Shown: in pieces, positions 12,101-19,829 of the stretch
Layout of the letters: each line of letters begins with the position of its first letter
Position numbering within the stretch: position 1 is the first letter of the stretch
Source of the DNA: Azolla caroliniana
Lineage: Eukaryota > Plantae > Polypodiophyta
NCBI GenBank assembly: GCA_043228905.1
Contig: JBHGNT010000009.1
Location: forward strand, 21,886,001 to 21,950,000
Reading direction: 5' to 3'
DNA: 64,000 nucleotides
The notes under the pieces: generated by a model
Told to the model about the DNA's origin: nothing
What the model saw: only the letters and a program-made list of their open reading frames with translations
Database searches by the model: none
Program-made: the position numbers and the translations under genes

Positions 12101-12589
12101 ATGCCCATCGAAAGGACGATCGCCTCATGGGTAGCGATACCGTGGGAGAACGAGATGAGCCGAGAAGAGTTATTAGCGGCGCGGATAAGGCAACTTGAAA
12201 GAAGACCTGAAGATTTAGAAAAAGCGCGAAAGATGATGAAGGCAGCCCGAGTAAAGAACAAAGTTCGGTTCGACAACACGCATCGACTTTGTCCCAAGAA
12301 GATTGAAGAAGGGGATTGGGTTTTGGTCTACGACAACACCCTTGACAATCAACATAGTACAACAAAGAAGTTCGCAAGAAGATGGTTCGGGCCGTATGTG
12401 GTGACAAGTGCCAACGATAATGCCACATACCACCTTGCGGAACTAGACGGATCAAGGTTGGCCGTACCCATTGCGGGGAAAAGAGTAAAGCTTTTCAAGA
12501 AAAGACAAGACAAGGATCCTGACCTCGATTACCTCGACGATGAACATAATAGGCCGGATGAAAATGAAGACATGGAGGAATCTAATTGA
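9095..12589 (+). CDS. Gypsy 1 RT-RNaseH-integrase polyprotein (-1 frame, open from the slippery site)
   Basis: 1139-aa ORF with LPQGATNS, PFLDD, VDTSPTGIG, HRGTWAT...CETCQ, IVADRGE, PEANGKIERGH, WFGPY; no chromodomain. Confidence 0.92.
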   Translation, partial: GFLEWTIEAWGTNSPSNHKTPQERRVRGLQGEATCVTPSGACKLVLPDKKHKRRIQEFEKMLKEENIIEEGEFVTHIMEEASFNDTIGEIEDVVDLSYLHNQCVISVNSVNMYAIIDEYRRGISMKEADINTKYKTVDKKIKPVAVPLPEDSWQKMKEVTNDPSLRDPKKIGHDFTKETKGKLRVGKEDFLHPEEERMFRDMQERHGKAFAFFPREIGCADPKVIEPMVIFTVPHVPWNLKPIPVPRAHLPKLIELLKEKVSMGILEPSNAPYSNRWFTVPKKNGSLRFIQDLQPVNKVTIRNAGIGPSVDEFAEAFAGQSIYSIGNLYSGYDQFQLAIDNRDITTMRTPIGLVRMCTLPQGATNSVAHMVNAMNKVLKDCIPDITMPFLDDIPIKGCSDEEKDESKDKEGCRKFVADHMKDCAKVLQRLKDANLTFSGEKSSFGQPEILVVGHLCGAYGRRPSPSKVNAIQDMKEECENQTEVRRFLGACAFYHIWIPHYAHVAEPLYGLLKKRIKFEWRDEHTEAMRRLKKLLLEAPALRKADYAEGKPIYVTVDTSPTGIGWVINQEGEDNARYAVRFGAKVLSERQQRYAQVKRELWGIVSAVKMDKDYLIGSEVIIETDCLPILGMVSGCATPDLAMLRWIAYIKSLNPEIRHIAGKKNAKADMLSRARFSNGSNMVSEDEDVALDFFKMARLSAEDQDTQTLHAFNENEYEGEWLLIGRFLRTLTTDASLTKEEALRIRKKAYRYFLKGGFLWRHPKRRTGIPRRVVVKKEEQETLMTEFHESAWAGHRGTWATFEKLKEKYWWPSMYKDVLHFVSTCETCQVYSNIRHRDELKPTYPLTIHFKWMVDLVSMPMGVGQMKYLALAREDLTNQVEGRALTNKTTSAVCKFLLEDVVCRYGCVGKIVADRGELDAHEATELFERLGVKLSLTTAYNPEANGKIERGHGPIVKAIVRACNGRVGNWPRLLPYALWADRTTHSSVTGYMPTELMYGQKPIMPIERTIASWVAIPWENEMSREELLAARIRQLERRPEDLEKARKMMKAARVKNKVRFDNTHRLCPKKIEEGDWVLVYDNTLDNQHSTTKKFARRWFGPYVVTSANDNATYHLAELDGSRLAVPIAGKRVKLFKKRQDKDPDLDYLDDEHNRPDENEDMEESN

Positions 12590-12661
12590 TCATCGTAGCC
12601 GAAATCTCACTTCTTCTCTTCTTGGCACGTACCGGAGGACGTGCGGTTTGGTGGGGGTGGA

Positions 12662-13748
12662 TGTCGTGAAGATTTTCGGCAATAGTGTGAAAATCCCATA
12701 AAACGTACAAAATCGAGTATGAATCATGTAATACAATAATTGTGAAGATAACATTTTTAATATCTAAGTACAAAATGATGGAGGTTTCGAATGCACTTTA
12801 TTACACGAGAAATGGACAACTAAATGTCAAGATATGAGGGTATAAAGTTTGTGAAAAGAAAAGAGAAAATTGTGAGATATCCCACATAGGCACGACAAAT
12901 ACGGCTCTCATCATATATAAGGTGGAGCAAAAGATATTATCTTTGTGTCTATGTGTGGAGCATAGAGAGTTCAAGGTAACTTGAACTTAGAGTGGAGGTG
13001 GCGAGCTACTCGAAAAGGGTTTTGGCCAACCAAAACCGGACCGGCGATGGAGCCGGTGATCCGACGGCATCCGACCGGTATCCGGCGTCGGCGGCGGCGC
13101 CGGTATCTGGCGACGGCATCCGGCGTCGGTATCTGACGGCGGCATCCGACGGCAGCATCCGGCGGCGACGACGGCATCTGGCGTCAGCGTCGGCATCCGG
13201 CGGCGGCACCGGTATCTGGCAACGGCATCCGGCGAACCGGCGACTAGATAAAATAAATATATAAAAATATATAAATATTTAGGAGGGCAAGTATGGATTC
13301 GAACCTTGCACCTCCAAGTTAGGAGTCAAATGGCTTACCATTAAGCCATAGTATTTAGTTGAAATTATATTTCTATCATTGTACTTTTACATGTAAATTC
13401 TCATCCATGAGTGCTAAAATGAGTGACATGGTTAGCATGCACCACATGTAATACTTAAGCGCCAAATGGCAAACATGCAATTTATGCATGTCTTGTACCC
13501 TGACATGCATCATATGCATGAGAGCATCTATAAAAGAGGGAAGGGGGAGGAGAAAAACACGGTTTTTTTTATGAAAATTAAGAACAAGAAATTCGTTATC
13601 AAATCAATTGTGTAATCTCATCTTCTCTCTTTCCCAATCTATCTTAAGTGCTTTCTCGCCAAAGCTTGTATCGACTCTAAATCCTTCTGGTCCAGAACCC
13701 CGGCGGTTCCGCCTCACGATCCGCGCGTAGTGACGGATCTTCACGACA
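12662..13748 (+). repeat. 3' LTR of Gypsy 1
   Basis: Direct repeat of 5860-6838 with an expanded GGCGGCATCC-type repeat at about 13070-13240. Confidence 0.95.
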
Positions 13749-15074
13749 GCGTGAAGTCTCAGCTTGCGGCATCGTTTGAAATGAAGGATCTCGGGGACCT
13801 TCATTACTTCCTCGGGATTGAAGTGATCCGTAACCCTGAAGGCATATTGATCAACCAACGTCATTACGCGTTGAACATGCTCTTCAGTTCGGTATGGCAA
13901 ACTGTAGACCCATCTCAACCCCTCTGGACAGAAATGTGAAGCTTCGCCCAGATTCGGGCAAGGCGTGCGACCCAACATGGTTCCGATAGATTGTCGGAAG
14001 CCTTATCTATTTGACGATTACTCGGCCGGATCTTAGCTACCCGGTTGGCTTAATCAGTCAATTTATGTCGCAGCCTACGGTCGAACACTTTCAGCGCAAA
14101 GGATATTGCGATATGTGAGTGGCACAAAAGACATGGCGTTCCTATATCGAGTAGGCATAGTCGAACACTTAGTTGGCTACACGGATGCTAATTGGGCCGG
14201 AAATGCCAACGATCGTAGATCCACATCTAGGTACACATTCTCCTTGGGAAGTGCGGGGATCGCATGAAGTAGTAAGAAGCAGTCGACAGTAGCACTGTCA
14301 AGCACGGAGGCCGAGTATTGAGAGGCGACTGTCGCTGCGTGCGAAGTCATTTGGCTAAAACGGCTATTACGGGATCTGCATGTAGAGGTGTTTGATCCGA
14401 CGACGATCTATTGTGACAACCTCAGCAGTATCCACCTTGCGAAAAACCCCTTGTTCCATGCCCGGACCAAGCACATTGAGGTGCATTACCCTTTTTTCCG
14501 CGAGCGGGTCCTTTCAGGTGAAGTCGAACTAGTGCATGTTCCGATTGATCGGCAGGTTGCCGACATCTTCACCAAGCCTCTTGGTCTCGACAAGTTACAA
14601 CATTTCTCTGGTGAGCTTGGGTTGCGTCACCTCGACACGCCGAACTTGAGGGGGAGAAAGGAGGAACAGGAACAAGAGCGTGAAAGGAGAGGAGGTGTTC
14701 ATCGCGGTGGAAGTGACCGTGACGCAGAATCGGATGAAGAATTCGATTTCGGGCCGGTTGAAGAAGCTGAAGAAAAGAGCAAGGGCCATAACCATAGGGA
14801 AGAGCCGAGGGCAACCAATTCGGATGAGAGCGGAATTGAATCGGAAGAGTTCCATTCGGATACGCCGAATCAATTGAAGGCCATGCGGAGGATGCACCGA
14901 CACCGCGACAACAAGGGAGTTGGGAAGGGCCGAACGAGCAGACAAGCCGACCAGAAGGGTCAAAGCGCGCGGAATCGAACTGGTCGAGGAGCGCGAGCGA
15001 GGCGTAAAGCCAGAAGGAACCGGAGCGTAGATCCAAAAGAGCGGACGGAACCTCAAGTTGAGCTTGAGGTGGAG
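13749..15074 (+). pseudogene. Copia A RT C-terminus/RNase H with charged C-terminal extension
   Basis: [45 protein letters not shown]. Confidence 0.88.
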
Positions 15075-15380
15075 TGTTGGGCGACAAGCTCAACATTGAG
15101 TGCGTAATACGGTACGTAACCCAGTGCGTAGAATGGGTGCGTAAAACAATACGCATAACGTGGCCGTATCAATGCGTAAACCGGAAGGCCGTTAGTATGG
15201 TATTCCTCGTAAGGAATAATTTTGGGAGTTAGTATAGTAGGCTCATTTATGAGCATTCAAGTACTGTCAGTACTTGTGTCAGCCCAATTGTCAGGGCTTG
15301 TATAAAAGGTGCTCACTGAGCACGATGTATAAAGAGAGAGTCATTATTTTGAATTGGATTTTTTCTGTTGTCTGCTCTCT
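15075..15380 (+). repeat. 3' LTR of Copia A (truncated)
   Basis: Matches 1486-1770. Confidence 0.88.
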
Positions 15381-15399
15381 CCAGAGAGAGAGAGAGAGA

Positions 15400-16533
15400 C
15401 ATTTCTCGATCTGTGCGTGGAATCCTTTCAACGGGGCCATGCTAATCTTCTCTGTATTGTTCCAATTTTATCTGATATGGTCATGGATGAGGGAACATCT
15501 CATGGGTTAGAGCGAGATCCTAAAGTTCATGGTCATGTTAGAGGTGTTGGGGAGGAGAATGGAGTATGTAATAATGATGGCCCAAATGTTGAAGATGGAG
15601 TGTGGCATCAAGTGAAGCATAAGATAAAAGGGAAGGGTGTTGCCATACAAAGGGAATCAAAAAATACTTATGGTACGACATTACCAAAAGATAATTTGAG
15701 ATTGAAGGAGGGGTTTAAGAAAAATCATTTGTAGAAACAAGTGTGAAATCAAAGATTGTCCAACCAATTACAATTCGATTCTTCAGGAAGGGTGGTACGA
15801 CCTCAATTAAATCAAGGACTTCATTCTCGTGGAGCTAGACAACAAAACCCTAATATTGGTGGAGGGGATGTAGTACACACAAATCCTTATGTAGCTCTTG
15901 AACAAGTAGTTAGTACATTCATGAATACACTTGCTCATAAAGAGCAAGTTCTTACCAAAGGTGTTAAATGAAAGTGGTATCATGGAATGTGAGAGGGGCA
16001 TCTTCTCCTCATAAGAATGTGATATTCATCGTATGTATGGTATGACTAATGCTAAAAGACATAAGAAATTGATTGATAAGTTTTCATATATTCTTACACG
16101 GTGCAATGTACTATTGATGAATGATCCACATGATGAAGAGCTTTTGGATGTTCAAGTTCAAGTACAGGACATTGTGAAGAATTTGTCTTGTCAAAGTTAT
16201 CAACATACAAGACTACGTCAATTAAAGGAGGGATTTATAGATAATCAATCACAATCTCATATGTTTTTTCAAGGATTAAGACCACCATATGTTGTGGTAC
16301 AAATTAAGATAGGGGATGACATTGTTGTAGACCTAGTCAAGGTTATTGAGTTATGTATTACTCATTTTAAGAATTTGATTGGGCCATAGTTGATTATTAA
16401 TGAGGATGTCTTGAAAGCACGACAAGAGTTTTATAATGTAATTGGGAGTGCCATGAATACAAATATTTGTCAAGAATTGGATGTTGATTTTGAAGAAGCT
16501 GAGGTGGAAAAGGTATTGTTACACCTTCCAAAT
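15400..16533 (+). mobile_element. Decayed L1-type LINE fragment (ORF1 end/ORF2 start, internally deleted)
   Basis: ATGAAAGTGGTATCATGGAATGTGAGAGGG at 15968 encodes MKVVSWNVRG, the start of an APE domain. ELDVDFEEAEVEKVLLHLPN resembles the LINE pre-RT region and stops at the Penelope-like junction. Confidence 0.55.
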
Positions 16534-16601
16534 ATATTTCAGCCTCACACGAGCCACACTCGCGGCCTATACATCACCACCATACCTCGCCGGAATTTGA
16601 A

Positions 16602-17354
16602 TTGGAAGGATACAACAGAGAGCGAAGATCTTACTTCGATAGCGGCTACACGTGCGGCGATGGTGGACGATTGTCACACCATAACGGCGGCTACATGAGC
16701 TATGGCGGTAATTATCCTACGGGTCGATACGGGAGGTCCATCCAATGCGAAGGCCGTACATCTTTTGGAAGCGGCACACGTGCTAACATAAGACAAGAAG
16801 TGTATCCCCATGGCGGCTGTGCAGGAGATCATGCAAGCCATGGCACGAACGACCTTCCGTCTTTCCCTCGCGGCCCTCCTCCTCCTCCTCTCCTCCCCAC
16901 CCCATCCCTGCAGACAATTTCAAACATACCCTCTCACTTCCCATATTCGTTTAACCCTAATCACGCCCCTCCCCCCCCCCCCCCCTCCTTACTTCCTACA
17001 AATTTGATGCATGCCCCCCTTTTATTTTCTATAAACCCCCCTCATACCCCTCCCCCATTTTTTAACCATGCCCCTATGCATTTCCCCCCTAATAACCCCC
17101 ACAACGTTTCCCTATTTCCAAACTATACCCCTCCCCCTTTTCATGCATTTCCTACACATACCCCCCCCTTCTTTACACATAACTCCCCTTCTACTTCTAG
17201 TAGATTTCAATATTCTACCGCACCCTCAAAATTTCCCCCACACTTATATGAAATCCCTCATAGAAAACAACCTATCCGTACTCACAATAATCGGCCCCTT
17301 CCCACAAAACTACAAACTTTCCCATGTAATAATGTTAGGACAAAAAACGTGTAG
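16602..17354 (+). CDS. PLE ORF1: Gly/Tyr/Arg-rich then Pro/His/Phe-rich low-complexity protein (frame open back to about 16534, possibly 5'-truncated)
   Basis: 250-aa ORF that ends just after the A_AAA_AAC slippery site, which overlaps the RT frame. Confidence 0.6.
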   Translation: MEGYNRERRSYFDSGYTCGDGGRLSHHNGGYMSYGGNYPTGRYGRSIQCEGRTSFGSGTRANIRQEVYPHGGCAGDHASHGTNDLPSFPRGPPPPPLLPTPSLQTISNIPSHFPYSFNPNHAPPPPPPSLLPTNLMHAPLLFSINPPHTPPPFFNHAPMHFPPNNPHNVSLFPNYTPPPFHAFPTHTPPFFTHNSPSTSSRFQYSTAPSKFPPHLYEIPHRKQPIRTHNNRPLPTKLQTFPCNNVRTKNV

Positions 17355-19321
17355 CTAGGCGTGCCAAACGCGATAGTAAACAGTTTCGGCACGCCATACA
17401 TCCCGCGAAACGTCTCTTTTACCTTCTCGATAGACCTACTTCTACTTTAGATACTTTCATGTGGTTAGGACGTCATACATCTAATTTTCCCTTCTCCCCA
17501 TATGTGAAAAAGACCCATAGTAGGAAACCCCGTAATAAATTTTGGACACCTCTCCTTAATAAACCTAGAATTAGTAGGATCCACAACCACTCTAATTATT
17601 CCCTCTCTAAACATGAGACACAACTCCTTAGCCTAGGTTTGAAACACATCCTCCCATCTTCTCCACCATCATCCCCTACCCTACTTAAAGAATTTGATAG
17701 CCTAAGTAGGACCCTTCGACTTAAACATTTTTTTAAAGATGTGGATAATTTGCCCCAAAATCCCTTTAAGCTACCTAACCCTAGTTGGCAACCTCCTACT
17801 AAGTACACTCCCCTAGAAAACATTATATCTAAACACCAAACTATCTTTAGGGACACACTTCATACACTCAAATTAAAACCCACTAGGATTGCACCTCACT
17901 TGTCACTAGCCTTACAATCTCTTAAGAAAAACAACAAAATCATAATCCTACCTGCTGACAAGAATGTTGGAGTGTGTGTTCTTGATAAGGACACGTACTA
18001 TAACAAAGCTATAGAACACCTTTCTGATACTAATACATATAAAAAAGTCTCCCACTATCCACTTGAGGAATTATCCTATAGATTGAAAAGCATTGTTAAT
18101 AACCATCTTGGTACCCTATCCAACATAGAAGCCAATTACATACTACATAAACCCTCAAAAGGGTACAAAGTATGCAATATCTATTTCCTCCCAAAACTCC
18201 ATAAAAACCCAATAGGTTTTAGACCTATTTGCTCATACAATAACTCCCTTTTTGAACAAACATCAAAATGGCTTCACCACCAACTCATGCCTATCCTTCT
18301 CCTTCAAAAGCAATATTTGAAAGACTCACATTCCCTTGTCCAGACTTTAGAACATCTCAACCCACCCCCTAATAGCTTTATCTTCACCTTTGATGTTGAA
18401 TCTTTATATCCCATCATACCCCCTAGGTTAGGACTCCAAGCTTTACGAAAAATGATTACCCCACATTTTTCATCTTCTAAAACTAACCTTATCTATACAC
18501 TTAGCGCACTCACATTAGAATATCACTTTCTATCCTTTGATGACATGATCTATCAACAAGTCAAGGGTACAACCATGGGTAGTAATTTTTCTATAGTTTA
18601 TGCATGCCTATTCTTAGCTCACTTAGAGAACTCCCAGCCATCACACCCTAATCTTTTTTATTTCACTAGATATATAGATGATGCATTCGGGATATGGACA
18701 GGTACTAAACCCGAATTAGAAAATTACCTCCAGTTCTATAACACCTCCACTAATAATTGCATCAAAATTACCATCACCACTTCTCCCTTTAGATTACCGT
18801 TCTTAGATTTATGGATTAACCTAAAGAATTCACATTTCTCCTTTAATTGCTACCAAAAGCCCCAAAATGCCTACCAATATCTCTCATTCTCGTCAGTTCA
18901 CCCCCTTCACTTAAAACGTCATTTTATTATTAATGAACTAAAACGATACCTAATTAGAGAAAGTACCCCCTTAGGTTTCCTTCGAATGAAAAAACTATTT
19001 TTTAGTAGATTAGTTAAGAGAGGGTATCCCCTTTCTTTTATATTAGAGAATTATAAAAAGGTGCCATTTAACGCTAGGAAATCACTAGTATTTAGTAGAA
19101 AACCTAAAAGTACCCTTATACCTATCATCTTCAAACTTAGGTATACGAAAGATACCCCTAGATTAGGAATTCACGACATGCTAGAAAACCTCCACGCAGA
19201 TTTAGCCACACATCCCCAACTATCCGAACTACCACGACCCTTCATATGTTGGACTAAGTCTAAGTCCATTCATTCCCTTCTCGTCAAAACTAAATATAAA
19301 TCCATAAAAACTCCCACTTAA
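17342..19321 (+). CDS. Penelope-like reverse transcriptase without GIY-YIG endonuclease (first ATG 17459; frame open from 17339)
   Basis: IILPADKN, YFLPKLHK..RPI, FDVESLYP, QVKGTTMGS, RYIDD, LPFLDL, YQKP..YL..SVHP thumb. The ORF ends shortly after SIHSLLV, where endonuclease-bearing PLEs continue into GIY-YIG. Confidence 0.9.
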   Translation, partial: KKRVARRAKRDSKQFRHAIHPAKRLFYLLDRPTSTLDTFMWLGRHTSNFPFSPYVKKTHSRKPRNKFWTPLLNKPRISRIHNHSNYSLSKHETQLLSLGLKHILPSSPPSSPTLLKEFDSLSRTLRLKHFFKDVDNLPQNPFKLPNPSWQPPTKYTPLENIISKHQTIFRDTLHTLKLKPTRIAPHLSLALQSLKKNNKIIILPADKNVGVCVLDKDTYYNKAIEHLSDTNTYKKVSHYPLEELSYRLKSIVNNHLGTLSNIEANYILHKPSKGYKVCNIYFLPKLHKNPIGFRPICSYNNSLFEQTSKWLHHQLMPILLLQKQYLKDSHSLVQTLEHLNPPPNSFIFTFDVESLYPIIPPRLGLQALRKMITPHFSSSKTNLIYTLSALTLEYHFLSFDDMIYQQVKGTTMGSNFSIVYACLFLAHLENSQPSHPNLFYFTRYIDDAFGIWTGTKPELENYLQFYNTSTNNCIKITITTSPFRLPFLDLWINLKNSHFSFNCYQKPQNAYQYLSFSSVHPLHLKRHFIINELKRYLIRESTPLGFLRMKKLFFSRLVKRGYPLSFILENYKKVPFNARKSLVFSRKPKSTLIPIIFKLRYTKDTPRLGIHDMLENLHADLATHPQLSELPRPFICWTKSKSIHSLLVKTKYKSIKTPT

Positions 19322-19471
19322 TACTATATGCCTTTTATATCCCACCCCCACACCCACCCCCACCTATCACTTATCATGTACATACATATAACCCCCCTCT
19401 AACCCACTTTCACTAACCAATCCATTACCTATCACAATTCCCCGTTTCCCTCTCTCCCATCATTAAACTCC

Positions 19472-19473
<2 letters not shown>

Positions 19474-19530
<57 letters not shown>
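19474..19530. repeat. (CT)n microsatellite in the PLE 3' region
   Basis: Pure CT run. Confidence 0.95.
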
Positions 19531-19532
<2 letters not shown>

Positions 19533-19566
19533 TCCCCCTATATAAACCTACCCTCTTGTTGTAAAT

Positions 19567-19618
19567 GACCTTGGCACTGATGAGCTCTACCTAGAGCGAA
19601 ACTAGTTTGCACAAGGTC
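19567..19618 (+). ncRNA. Type-I hammerhead ribozyme (PLE pLTR type)
   Basis: Stem I GACCTTG-GCA / TGC-A-CAAGGTC; core CTGATGA 19577-19583; stem II GCTCT-ACCT-AGAGC; GAAA 19598-19601; minimal palindromic stem III ACTAGT; predicted cleavage after GUU at 19607. Confidence 0.88.
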
Positions 19619-19829
19619 TTTCTAATGAAAATTTCTTAAGCTTTTCTCTTTTCTCACTCACTCTTCTCTTCTTCTTTCATCTCATTCTCTCATTCTCTTT
19701 TAGTCTTGGTCACCTCTAATCCTACTCACCTTAGTTTCACTTGCATCATTGCTTTATTTCTTTTCTTACTCTTCCCATATCATCTCAATAGTTGTGCTAG
19801 TTCGCTCGCACTCCTTGTCATGATCCTAC

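Larger units (their letters stand above)
5860..13748 (+). mobile_element. Ty3/Gypsy LTR retrotransposon 1 (non-chromovirus, tRNA-Trp primed, 4-bp TSD; Phygy/Selgy-like by inference)
   Basis: LTRs 5860-6838 and 12662-13748 with 12-bp terminal inverted repeats TGTCGTGAAGAT/ATCTTCACGACA. TSD GCGT at 5856-5859 and 13749-13752; removing the insert restores the Copia RT frame DEICRVKSQ. PPT lies just before 12662. Confidence 0.95.
1486..15380 (+). mobile_element. Ty1/Copia LTR retrotransposon A (degenerate), interrupted by Gypsy 1 at 5860-13748
   Basis: 5' LTR 1486-1886 (TG..CA) and PBS-Met TGGTATCAGAGC 1887-1898. Gag/PR/INT/RT/RH fragments in Copia order. PPT 15066-15074, then a 3' LTR from 15075 truncated at about 15380. 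Confidence 0.92.

Noticed and set aside
16602-17354. Host extensin or proline-rich cell-wall gene
   Set aside because: No signal peptide or regular SPPPP repeats, and it is coupled to the PLE RT by a frameshift signal.
17459-19321. Telomerase or group II intron/retron RT
   Set aside because: No TERT T/CP motifs, too short and intronless; the thumb and N-terminal motifs and the hammerhead are PLE-type.
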